Below are positions 29,929 through 38,678 of a stretch of DNA of 63,257 bases, in pieces (position 1 is the stretch's first letter; every line of letters starts with the position of its first letter). This DNA is from an uncultured Bacilli bacterium. Its GTDB lineage: Bacteria; Bacillota_I; Bacilli_A; RF39; UBA660. The stretch is taken from NCBI GenBank assembly GCA_944331955.1, contig CALVIY010000004.1:1-63257 (forward strand), in the 5' to 3' direction. The position numbers and the translations under genes were made by a program. The notes beneath the pieces are model-generated. The model was given only the letters and a program-made list of their open reading frames with translations, did no database searches and was not told the origin of the DNA.

Positions 29929-30112
29929 TACTCCATGCTCCCTTTGCCATTTTATCTATCGTATAAGTCTCAACTATTGAAATCATTTCCATTATTAGAA
30001 ATAAAACTAAATCTAATAAACTACTAAAAAATATAGAATAAATTACAAAGCAAGTAATGACCATTGTGGTTGATAGAGAAATATACTTCATAATACTTAA
30101 AAAATATTTCAT
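29918..30112 (-). CDS. Small two-TM phage protein
   Basis: Two hydrophobic segments. Confidence 0.55.
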   Translation of the reverse strand: MKYFLSIMKYISLSTTMVITCFVIYSIFFSSLLDLVLFLIMEMISIVETYTIDKMAKGAWSNGK

Positions 30113-30113
30113 G

Positions 30114-30428
30114 CTATTTATCCTCCTTTACTATCTTTGCTAATTCTTCTAGATCAACTACACCGCTTTTAAATAATTGCTCTATTCTTTGTAACTTATT
30201 TTCCCTTTTAGTTAAAAATTTGTTTAATTCTTCTAACTTTTGACTATCTTCAACTGCAATTGCCTCTACATCAATAGTATTTGAAATAATACTTGCTATT
30301 TCATAAGGTAATCTCATAGCATATTTTGTTGATAAGGTAACTCTAGTTAGCTCTGGTCCTTTTCCTTCCTCTTCTGTTAAATCATAACCAATTACAAATA
30401 AGTTCCCTTTTTTTAAAATATAAGTCAT
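30114..30428 (-). CDS. Phage hypothetical protein
   Basis: GGAGG RBS. Confidence 0.55.
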   Translation of the reverse strand: MTYILKKGNLFVIGYDLTEEEGKGPELTRVTLSTKYAMRLPYEIASIISNTIDVEAIAVEDSQKLEELNKFLTKRENKLQRIEQLFKSGVVDLEELAKIVKEDK

Positions 30429-30442
30429 TTCTATTCCTCCTT

Positions 30443-31270
30443 CTAAAACTTAATATTCCTTATTTTTAACTCTTTTTCTTTGTTAGTTAATTTTGTGTAT
30501 ATTCTTGTTGTTTCTAATGAATTATGCCCTAATATATCTGCCAAACCTGCTATATCGTTTGGATAAGTCTCTAAATAACATCTAGCGAAATAATGTCTAA
30601 AAGCATGAGGATGCACTGCATCTTTATTTATTCTTGCTCTTCCTGCCAATTTCTTTAATCTTCTCCAAATAGTAGAATCAGCATAAGCTTTACCAGTCTT
30701 AGGATTAAATATAATTAGTCCCTCTTTAATTTTTCTATCTCTACAATATTTTCTTATTTCCCTTAATAAATCTAACTTTACAGGTATTTCTCTTACTTTA
30801 CCTTTCTTTTTTATTTTCATAGTCTTATCTAAATCTTCAATTTTAAAAAAAGCTAACTCTGAGATACGAATACCTGTTTCTGCTAATATTCTTAAAATAA
30901 TGTAATTATCATATTCTTCATGCTTTTTAGCTGTTCTTAATAACCTATGATAATCAGATTTACTTAAAGAGTATTCTAAAGAGAATTTCTTTTGTTGCTT
31001 TATAACTTTTACACATAAATCTTTTTTACCAATAAAATTTAAAAACTTATTAATTACAACTAAATAGTTATTAGTTGTATTAGGCAAATATTCATCTACT
31101 TGATCTAATTTCTCTTTAAACTCTATAACTGTTCTTTTAGTAAGCTCTTTATCTTTAGAAAATTCTATAAAAGCTTTTATGTTAGTTTTATACTTTTCAA
31201 TTGTTTTTTCTGCTTTCTCATCTTCTTTTAAAAATAATTCAAACTCTTCTAACTTCGCTTCTAAATCCAT
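30443..31270 (-). CDS. Tyrosine recombinase (XerC/D-like) with N-terminal SAM-like domain
   Basis: TGIRISE, HPHAFRH and LGHNSLETTRIY catalytic motifs intact. Confidence 0.9.
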   Translation of the reverse strand: MDLEAKLEEFELFLKEDEKAEKTIEKYKTNIKAFIEFSKDKELTKRTVIEFKEKLDQVDEYLPNTTNNYLVVINKFLNFIGKKDLCVKVIKQQKKFSLEYSLSKSDYHRLLRTAKKHEEYDNYIILRILAETGIRISELAFFKIEDLDKTMKIKKKGKVREIPVKLDLLREIRKYCRDRKIKEGLIIFNPKTGKAYADSTIWRRLKKLAGRARINKDAVHPHAFRHYFARCYLETYPNDIAGLADILGHNSLETTRIYTKLTNKEKELKIRNIKF

Positions 31271-31408
31271 TGTTTTCCCCTTTCATAAACTTTAACAATG
31301 CCAAACTCAGTAAGACAAACTCGCATTGCTAATCAACAGTAAAATACAAGAAGGGAGGCATGAAAGATAATCAAGGAGTGTTATTATTCTTACTTTTTTA
31401 ATAAAAAC

Positions 31409-31657
31409 CTAATTGTTATACTTATCTATAATTGCTTTCTCAATTACCTCTCTCAAATCCGAAACTATTGGATGCACAAAATCATAATACTTTCCATCAT
31501 TACCTTTTTGACTAGGAAATGCTATAAACATTTTATCTTTAGATTCTATTAATCTAATATTATGAATTGCTAAACTATCATCTAAAAAAATAGTTGCATA
31601 TCCTTTAACTGCTCCTTTTTCTTCTACTTTCTTTAAATTTACATTTGTTACTTTCAT
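31409..31657 (-). CDS. spoVG: Phage-encoded SpoVG-family nucleic-acid-binding protein
   Basis: VKGYATI.LD...IHNIRLIE....FIAFPS......YYDFVHPI...RE.I matches SpoVG. Confidence 0.85.
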   Translation of the reverse strand: MKVTNVNLKKVEEKGAVKGYATIFLDDSLAIHNIRLIESKDKMFIAFPSQKGNDGKYYDFVHPIVSDLREVIEKAIIDKYNN

Positions 31658-32169
31658 TATTTATTCTTCCTTTCTTCTCTTCTTAAATATTTTTTTGCAT
31701 TTTTTTTACTAGTTAATACTTTAATTCTTTCATTAAGTTGAATAATAGATGACTGCAACTTACTCTTTTCTTCATTAATTACTGATAATTTCTCTTTTAA
31801 TTCACTATTTTCATTATTCAAATCTTTAATATTTTCCCTTAACTCATCATTAATTTTTAAATACTGCTCTTGCTTTTGCATAATAGCATCTAGTTCATTA
31901 TTCAACTTTTTATTTTCTCTTTTAAAACCACCTTTAGCACCATTGGCTTTTCTTAATAAATTTTTATACTCTTTTACCTTTTCACGTAATTCTTCACGTA
32001 TATTAGCAAATGATTTAATTTGTTCCTCTAAATATTCTTTATCTCTTTCAAGTCCATCTATTTTAGATTTTCTTAAATTCAAACGATTATTTAAGTTACA
32101 AATTTCTAGCTCATTATTTAAAAGTTCATCTTGCAATTCTTCATATCTCTTTTTAGTCAAAAGTTTCAT
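31657..32169 (-). CDS. Coiled-coil phage protein
   Basis: Heptad-rich sequence. Confidence 0.6.
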   Translation of the reverse strand: MKLLTKKRYEELQDELLNNELEICNLNNRLNLRKSKIDGLERDKEYLEEQIKSFANIREELREKVKEYKNLLRKANGAKGGFKRENKKLNNELDAIMQKQEQYLKINDELRENIKDLNNENSELKEKLSVINEEKSKLQSSIIQLNERIKVLTSKKNAKKYLRREERKNK

Positions 32170-32504
32170 AACACCTCAATTACCTCCCTCTTTTCTAATT
32201 TAAATAGCAAATTAGTTACTAGTTCCTCTAGTTGCTTATTTTTTTGCTTAAGTTGATTTATTTCTTTACGTAATTTTATATTTTCCAACAAACATTTATC
32301 ATGAGTATCAAATAATCCTAACTTAAGTAACTCTGTAGGTAACATTAAATACTTATCACTACAATATACATCATAATTATTACCTGTTACCTCTTCTAAC
32401 CTACTAACCCACTTTTCTAATTCTTTTAGTTCTTTTTCCACCTTTTTATTCCTTTCTCCATCCATTTGGTTCATTATATTTTTTATTAGTTCCTTTAACA
32501 TCAA
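32166..32504 (-). CDS. Phage hypothetical protein (start uncertain)
   Basis: ORF between the helicase and coiled-coil genes. Confidence 0.55.
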   Translation of the reverse strand: MMLKELIKNIMNQMDGERNKKVEKELKELEKWVSRLEEVTGNNYDVYCSDKYLMLPTELLKLGLFDTHDKCLLENIKLRKEINQLKQKNKQLEELVTNLLFKLEKREVIEVL

Positions 32505-33708
32505 ACCTTTGATTTAGTTGATTATATTCAAGAGTAAGAATACCAGTTTGACCATTCCTATTTTTACCAATTATTACTTCGATTTCTTCTATTTCCATTT
32601 CTACACCTTTATAATAATTTTCATTATGTAGCATTAAGACTGTAGTTGCTGACTGCTCTAGTTCTCCAGTCTCTTTAAGATCACTAATTTTAGGTCTCTT
32701 ATCTTTTGTGTTTTCAGAATTTCTATTAATTTGAGCCACTAGAAAGATAGTACAGTCATAATCTAATGATATTTGTCTTAATTCTTTAACAATAGCAGTT
32801 GTCTTCTCATATAGAGACTTAGTCTTATCATTACTTCCAATTAATCCCACATAGTCAATAAAAGCCAGTGTATGTCCTTGTTTACTCTCTTCAATAATTC
32901 TTTTTCTAATGCTAGAAATAGTTTGACTTCTACTGATTACTTTGATATTTTTATTAGCAATAGCTTTACTTCCCTTAATCAGTTGTTCTTTCTGATATTC
33001 AGTCGCCGGATTATCATGATAGATAATTGGAATTTTAGTATTTATACCAACAAGTCTTTGATACACTTGTTTATCGCTCATTTCCATATTAAACAAAATG
33101 CAATTATATCTATCTGATAAATCCTCAAGCAAATTTAATATAAAGCCAGTCTTGCCAATACCTGGTCTAGCAGCTACTACAACTAAATCATGTTCTTGTA
33201 TATTTGCATACTTAGATAATTTTTCAAATCTAAAATTAATCCCTTTATTTTTAGAATTTATTATCTTAAATACCTCTTCCCCAGATAATCTATCTGCTGA
33301 TGTTTTAATACTTAAAGCTTCGTATTTATGAATATCTGTTAATAATTCCTCTTGGGATATTTGATTATTTTTAAACTTATCAATAACATTTAAGATTAAA
33401 CTATTTACATATCTTTCAAATAGTAATTCCTGATAATAGTCAAACCTATTACCAAACGAGTTTGTCATAATATTAACCAGTTTATTAATTATTACCTCTT
33501 GATTAAATCGTTGATTAAATAAATGCTTATATTTTTCTCCTAATGCCACTAAATCAACATTTCTAATATCTTGATACTGTTTTTTTAGAAGCTTAACTAT
33601 AAATCTATTTTCAATGTTTTTAAAGCACTCATCTGGAATAATAAGTTTAGCAATATTCTCAGGATGTAATATTAAACAACCTATTACTTCTTCTTCTAAA
33701 TCTAACAT
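32446..33708 (-). CDS. DnaB-like replicative helicase
   Basis: AARPGIGKT, FIDYVGL, QINR, DLKETGELEQ and KNRNG motifs. Confidence 0.9.
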   Translation of the reverse strand: MLDLEEEVIGCLILHPENIAKLIIPDECFKNIENRFIVKLLKKQYQDIRNVDLVALGEKYKHLFNQRFNQEVIINKLVNIMTNSFGNRFDYYQELLFERYVNSLILNVIDKFKNNQISQEELLTDIHKYEALSIKTSADRLSGEEVFKIINSKNKGINFRFEKLSKYANIQEHDLVVVAARPGIGKTGFILNLLEDLSDRYNCILFNMEMSDKQVYQRLVGINTKIPIIYHDNPATEYQKEQLIKGSKAIANKNIKVISRSQTISSIRKRIIEESKQGHTLAFIDYVGLIGSNDKTKSLYEKTTAIVKELRQISLDYDCTIFLVAQINRNSENTKDKRPKISDLKETGELEQSATTVLMLHNENYYKGVEMEIEEIEVIIGKNRNGQTGILTLEYNQLNQRFDVKGTNKKYNEPNGWRKE

Positions 33709-34364
33709 TATTCAAGCCTCCGATAATGACACTCTTCACTATCTTCACTCTGCTGCTCTTTTCTTTTCTTTAAGTGCTTTTTTATAGAATTTACATCCTT
33801 TAGATTAGCTTTATCCCACTCATAAAGAATTTTATCAGTGTATTTAACATTATAAACTTGATTCAGGACTGTCTCTTTAATAGCAAGTCTTATAATTTCA
33901 GGATCATATTTCCATGAAGTAATAAATTCAACTTCTGCTGATGATAATGTCCTACCAAATTCTTTTTCAACAAAATCCAATACATTACCATTTACATTAA
34001 CATTATCATTACCATTTACATTAACATTTACATTTACATTAGGTTTTTTATTTTGAAACCATTGGTTTTCACTTTCAAAACCAGTGGTTTTTTTATAGTT
34101 TTCTTCATAGTTATTAGGTAGGTTATTATCAACTTTTTTAGATGGCCTACCACCCTTTTTACCATCTTTTTTTCTTTTAGTGTTGGCATCTAATTGTGGT
34201 TTTGCCATTATAAACAATGATTCTAATTCTTCATCTAAATCAGGCTCAATACCAGTCAAAGCATAATCGATTATTGCCTCATAAAATGCTAACCTTTTAT
34301 CATCACTCTTCTTTTTTACTGCTTTTCTAAAACTATCATAAAAAACAAAACTATCTTGTATCAT
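33708..34364 (-). CDS. Replication initiator (DUF6291-like N-terminus + DnaD-like domain)
   Basis: SFVFYDSF...YEAIIDYALTG; NVNVNVN linker; KYTDKILYEW. Confidence 0.8.
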   Translation of the reverse strand: MIQDSFVFYDSFRKAVKKKSDDKRLAFYEAIIDYALTGIEPDLDEELESLFIMAKPQLDANTKRKKDGKKGGRPSKKVDNNLPNNYEENYKKTTGFESENQWFQNKKPNVNVNVNVNGNDNVNVNGNVLDFVEKEFGRTLSSAEVEFITSWKYDPEIIRLAIKETVLNQVYNVKYTDKILYEWDKANLKDVNSIKKHLKKRKEQQSEDSEECHYRRLE

Positions 34365-34379
34365 ACTAGCCCTCCTGAA

Positions 34380-34574
34380 TTACTTATTTATCATATAATT
34401 TCTAACCTCATAATAAGTACACAATGATCCTTTTTCTTGGTCACACATAGCAGCATAATTATCAAAAGAACTAGAACTATCACGTATTAAGTTAGCAATA
34501 ATAATTGCTATAATAATTCCAAATAATATTAATAATGTTAATTTAACCCATTTTCTTAATCTTGCTTTTCTCAT
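34380..34574 (-). CDS. Small single-TM phage protein
   Basis: Basic N-terminus followed by a TM segment. Confidence 0.6.
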   Translation of the reverse strand: MRKARLRKWVKLTLLILFGIIIAIIIANLIRDSSSSFDNYAAMCDQEKGSLCTYYEVRNYMINK

Positions 34575-34690
34575 ATTTTTACATTTATGACATTTTGTGA
34601 TAAAATAAAGTTGTTAATTTATTTAACAGAAGATTAATTGCTGACTGGCTTTAATCTTTCTTTTTTTATCTGATGCCATAATCTCCTTCC

Positions 34691-34801
34691 CTATTCATTA
34701 CTATTTTCAATTTTAGCTACAATTTCTACACCATATTTATCAGTTAATATTTCTGCTAAGACTTGCCAGAGTCTTAATTCTAAGTCGCTAGGTAAATTCA
34801 T
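34691..34801 (-). CDS. 36-aa phage peptide after cro, not in ORF track
   Basis: GGAGG RBS; MNLPSDLELRLWQVLAEILTDKYGVEIV... Confidence 0.55.
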   Translation of the reverse strand: MNLPSDLELRLWQVLAEILTDKYGVEIVAKIENSNE

Positions 34802-34890
34802 ATTTATACCTCCTATTAAATTTTATTCGACTTATTTTTTATAAGTACGTAGTGGATATTAATTTCATTTTTCATATCGACATAAAACTT

Positions 34891-35133
34891 TTATGGCTCT
34901 TTTCTTTGCGTTTTCGCAAGAACTCGATTAAAAAAAATAAACAAATCTATATTATATGGCTTTAATAATTGCTCTATTTTGGATAAATTCATATCTTTTA
35001 ATCCTATCTCATACTTACTAATAGTACTTGTTGCAACACCAGTTTTTATAGCAAGTTCTTCTTGTGAATCACCATTCTCGATTCTAACTATTTTTAATTC
35101 TGAACCTACTATTTTTAAAAAATCTGCTTTCAT
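34891..35133 (-). CDS. Cro-like XRE HTH regulator
   Basis: SQEELAIKTGVATSTISKYEIG; divergent from the repressor. Confidence 0.8.
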   Translation of the reverse strand: MKADFLKIVGSELKIVRIENGDSQEELAIKTGVATSTISKYEIGLKDMNLSKIEQLLKPYNIDLFIFFNRVLAKTQRKEP

Positions 35134-35154
35134 TTTCTACCTCCTTACAATTAG

Positions 35155-35220
35155 AGTTTACTATGCTTTTTCGCAAATGTCAACAAAAATATTGCGAAAT
35201 CGCAAAAAAAGTTGTATTAT
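35155..35220. promoter_or_regulatory. Lysis-lysogeny switch: divergent promoters with TTGCG-N4-CGCAA operators
   Basis: Minus promoter TTGACA-17-TAAACT (35183-35155); plus promoter TTGCGA-17-TATTAT (35192-35220); operators at 35192-35205 (perfect) and 35163-35176 (degenerate). Confidence 0.75.
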
Positions 35221-35243
35221 GATTTTATGAAAGGAGGAGAATC

Positions 35244-35588
35244 ATGAACTTCTTTTCTAAAAATCTAGAATATTTAAGAAAACAAAAAGGTCTGTCAAGA
35301 GCAGAATTATCAAAAAAATTAAATGTAAATCAGTCAACTATATCTCGTTGGGAAAATGGAGATATGGGAGTAACTGTTGACAATGCTTATGATGTTGCCA
35401 ATTTCTTTAACATTTCAATTTCTGATTTAACAGGAAAAGATATTACTAATTCAAAAAATAGTTTTGACGAATTAGAACTGCTTTTTGATAAAAATAAAGA
35501 TATATTAACTGATGAAGATAAAGAATATATGAAATTTATAATAGAAAAAAGGAAAAGAGAAATTGATAAACAGTTAGGAGACGAATAA
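35244..35588 (+). CDS. CI/ImmR-like XRE repressor
   Basis: LSRAELSKKLNVNQSTISRWENG HTH. Confidence 0.85.
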   Translation: MNFFSKNLEYLRKQKGLSRAELSKKLNVNQSTISRWENGDMGVTVDNAYDVANFFNISISDLTGKDITNSKNSFDELELLFDKNKDILTDEDKEYMKFIIEKRKREIDKQLGDE

Positions 35589-35908
35589 TGAAAAAAACAA
35601 CTTTACTAATTGTACTATTAATAATTATTATTTTAGTTTTATCTGTAATCGTAGTCTTCCAATTTAATAGTAATAATAAACTAAATAATACAATTAACTT
35701 GCTAATTGATGATAATTTTGTTGAAGCCGAAAAATATATAAAAAATAATAACTTATATAAAAATATTGATTATGATTTATTAGTAAAAAAAATAAATAAG
35801 CAACCAACTGCAAGATTAGACTCAAATTCTAAAACTGGCAAAGTTATAGACTGGTATGATGAATATACTTGCAAACGTTTTATTAATGATTATGATATAT
35901 GCAATTAA
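35588..35908 (+). CDS. Membrane-anchored accessory protein
   Basis: N-terminal TM segment; lysogeny module. Confidence 0.6.
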   Translation: MKKTTLLIVLLIIIILVLSVIVVFQFNSNNKLNNTINLLIDDNFVEAEKYIKNNNLYKNIDYDLLVKKINKQPTARLDSNSKTGKVIDWYDEYTCKRFINDYDICN

Positions 35909-36292
35909 AAGTATGCTAGTATAGGTACTTAATAAAAAGGGGAAATGAAACAATGAATTTACATAATTTATTAAGTGGAGAAATAACACAAAAAGAATTA
36001 TTAAATTATTATAATGCTAATATTACTTATATAAGATTACCAAAACATATAAATGGTTGTGTGTTTCCTTACAAAGGTATTAACAATATTTATATAAACG
36101 AAAGTTTATCTTATTATAAAAAGAAAAAAACTATAATACACGAACTAGCACATATAGAGTTAAATCATTTATATCAAATAGATAAAGAAATATATTATAA
36201 AAAAGATAAATATGAAGATGAAGCAGATAAATATATAGACTTTCTTTTAAATAATATTAAACACGTTTAAAAGTATGCTAGTATAGGTGCTT
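35905..36292 (+). repeat. 26-bp direct repeat pair flanking the ImmA gene
   Basis: TTAAAAGTATGCTAGTATAGGT(A/G)CTT at 35905-35930 and 36267-36292. Confidence 0.85.
35953..36270 (+). CDS. ImmA/IrrE-family metallopeptidase (antirepressor)
   Basis: IIHELAH zinc motif and YEDEAD. Confidence 0.85.
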   Translation: MNLHNLLSGEITQKELLNYYNANITYIRLPKHINGCVFPYKGINNIYINESLSYYKKKKTIIHELAHIELNHLYQIDKEIYYKKDKYEDEADKYIDFLLNNIKHV

Positions 36293-36330
36293 TTAATATA
36301 AATTTTATCGCAGTAAAGGAGGTGTAAATC

Positions 36331-36843
36331 ATGGAAGTAGAAAAAAAGAAAATGCCTAAATGGGCAATTGTAGTTATTATAATACTAGTTATTTGTATAA
36401 TTGGAGGATTAGCTGGTGGAAACAATAGTAATCTTTCAGATGATAGTAACGATAACAATAACCAAGAAGAACAACAAACGAATGAAGTGACAGAAACAAT
36501 AGAAGAAAATGAAGATACTCAAACTGTTGAAGAAACTATACCAACTGAATATAGAAATGCTTTAAATCAAGCTGATACCTATGCTAATGTTATGCACATG
36601 TCTAAACAAGGAATATATGATCAACTAACTTCTGAATATGGAGGACAATTTGAAGCAGATGCAGCCCAATATGCAATAGATAATGTTCAAGCCGACTGGA
36701 ATGCTAATGCACTTGCTAAAGCTAAAGATTATCAAGATACAATGAGTATGTCCAAAAATGCAATATATGATCAATTAGTTTCAGAATATGGAGAACAATT
36801 TACTGCTGAAGAAGCACAATATGCTATTGATAATTTAAATTAA
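36331..36843 (+). CDS. Ltp-family host-cell-surface (superinfection exclusion) protein
   Basis: TM anchor plus two repeats of NAL.KA..Y...M.MSK..IYDQL.SEYG.QF...AQYAIDN. Confidence 0.85.
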   Translation: MEVEKKKMPKWAIVVIIILVICIIGGLAGGNNSNLSDDSNDNNNQEEQQTNEVTETIEENEDTQTVEETIPTEYRNALNQADTYANVMHMSKQGIYDQLTSEYGGQFEADAAQYAIDNVQADWNANALAKAKDYQDTMSMSKNAIYDQLVSEYGEQFTAEEAQYAIDNLN

Positions 36844-36982
36844 AAAAAGACCTCGTACTGGCATACGAGATCAAAACAGAAAACATTTCAATACCCACTA
36901 CGATAAGAAATTTTTTTCTGCTATTTAATTATAGCATTAAAATCTTTTCTTATCAATAAAATTAAAGAAAGGAAGTGCTATA

Positions 36983-38335
36983 ATGATTAAAAATGTAGCA
37001 ATATATTGTCGTGTATCAACTGAAGAACAAAAGAAGTTTGGAATATCAGTTGACGATCAAAAAAACAGTTTAACAGAATATTGTAAAAGAAATAAATATA
37101 AAATATATGACTATTACATAGATGAAGGTGTATCAGCAGGAACAATATCAAAAAGGAAAGAATTTGTAAGACTGCTTAAAGACCTTGACAATATAGACTT
37201 AATTATTTTTACAAAATTAGATAGATTCTCAAGAAATGTAAGAGATGCTAACAACTTACTAGTAGAATTAGATAAACATAATACTTCATTTAAAGCTATA
37301 GATGAGGACGATATAGATACTTCTACTGCTGATGGTAGATTTATATTCAACCTCAAAGTAAATCTAGCAGAACACGAAAGAAATAAGGACTCTGAACGTA
37401 TAAACAGAGTTAATAACTACAAATATAAAGTTGCTAAAACTGTATGCAGTGGACAAAAAATCTTTGGATATGATATAGATGAAGGAAAACATTTAGTAGT
37501 AAATCTTAAAGAAGCAGAACAACTAAATGAATTGTACGATTACTATTTAAAAACATCTAGCTTAGTTAAAAGCTATACATGGTTTAAAAATAATGTAGCA
37601 AATAAAAGTTTAGGTACTGTAAGAAATTATCTTACTGATAGTAAATATATAGGAAAATTTATAACAACTAAAAATAAAGAAGTATTAGAAGACTTTTGTC
37701 CTGCAATAATAGATGAAGATAAATTTTATAAAGTGCAGAAAGAATTAAAAAGGAATATAAAAACAACTAATTATAAGACAAAAAGGGTTTATATCTTTAG
37801 CGGATTAATAATATGTAAAGAATGTGGTTTTAAAATGGCAGGAGGAACTAGAGGGGCTAGATATGACTTTACAAAAATATATAAGTGTAAACATCATTAT
37901 GTAGATAAAGTCTGTGTTAATACCACTTCATTAACCGAAAAATATATTGAAGACTATTTAAAAGCAAATATTTTAAAAATAGCAGAAAATAATATCTTAA
38001 AGGCACAAAAAAAGAAGAAAATAACTAGTAAAAATAAAGCAGCAGAAATAAAAAACAAAATGAATAAACTTGTAGATTTATATCTTAATGATTTAATAGA
38101 CAAAGATAAATATAATCAGGACTACAATTATTTAAAAGAAGAGTTAAAGAAAGAAGAACAAGCGACCAAAGAAGAACAAAATATTAACATAGATAATCTT
38201 CAAAAATTTCTAAAAATGGATTTCTTAACCATTTATGACACTTTAACAGATGTAGAAAAGCAAAGATTATGGCGAAGCATTATTGATAATATAACAATAG
38301 ATAATAACAAAAACATAACAATTAATTTTTTATAG
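36983..38335 (+). CDS. Large serine recombinase (prophage integrase)
   Basis: YCRVST catalytic Ser, KLDRFSR, recombinase domain, CKECG...C zinc ribbon and coiled coil. Confidence 0.95.
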   Translation: MIKNVAIYCRVSTEEQKKFGISVDDQKNSLTEYCKRNKYKIYDYYIDEGVSAGTISKRKEFVRLLKDLDNIDLIIFTKLDRFSRNVRDANNLLVELDKHNTSFKAIDEDDIDTSTADGRFIFNLKVNLAEHERNKDSERINRVNNYKYKVAKTVCSGQKIFGYDIDEGKHLVVNLKEAEQLNELYDYYLKTSSLVKSYTWFKNNVANKSLGTVRNYLTDSKYIGKFITTKNKEVLEDFCPAIIDEDKFYKVQKELKRNIKTTNYKTKRVYIFSGLIICKECGFKMAGGTRGARYDFTKIYKCKHHYVDKVCVNTTSLTEKYIEDYLKANILKIAENNILKAQKKKKITSKNKAAEIKNKMNKLVDLYLNDLIDKDKYNQDYNYLKEELKKEEQATKEEQNINIDNLQKFLKMDFLTIYDTLTDVEKQRLWRSIIDNITIDNNKNITINFL

Positions 38336-38370
38336 GTACTAACTCACAAAGACCTGGAGGTTTCGCTGGT
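38335..38370 (+). other. Right prophage junction (P arm + GGAGG core + B' arm)
   Basis: GGTACTAACTCACAAAG-ACCT-GG(38356-38357)-AGG-TTTCGCTGGT. Confidence 0.9.
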
Positions 38371-38598
38371 ATAAACAGTCCTCAATTCACATCAGGTTCT
38401 ACTATCAAAGAAAGAGAACTAGCAGAAAGAACTTTAAAAGGAGAATATTACTATCCTGCTACCAATGCATTATGGTTCTATGCACCAGGAAGAAATAGCA
38501 ATTGTATTAGTACCTGGTATGATCAAGCCCTAGCAGGAAGATTTAAAAATCATTGTTTCTATGCCCCTGATCCTAGTGTATGTCCACCTCTTTATTAA
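38356..38598 (+). pseudogene. cwlJ: 3' part of the split cwlJ-like gene (80 codons + stop), not in ORF track
   Basis: GGFAGINSPQF...YYYPATNALWFYAPG...CISTWYDQALAGRFKNHCFYAP...CPPLY* matches the CwlJ C-terminus; no start codon of its own. Confidence 0.9.
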
Positions 38599-38678
38599 AA
38601 ATATCCTTATTTTATAGTAACATTATTTTTATTATCTTCTAATATATAGTTAATAGGAAACAAAAAATTTGGGGGATA

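Larger units (their letters stand above)
5605..38357. mobile_element. Siphovirus-type temperate prophage (32,751 bp) integrated in cwlJ
   Basis: Lysis, tail, head, packaging, replication and lysogeny modules plus serine integrase, bounded by att junctions sharing GGAGG. Confidence 0.95.
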
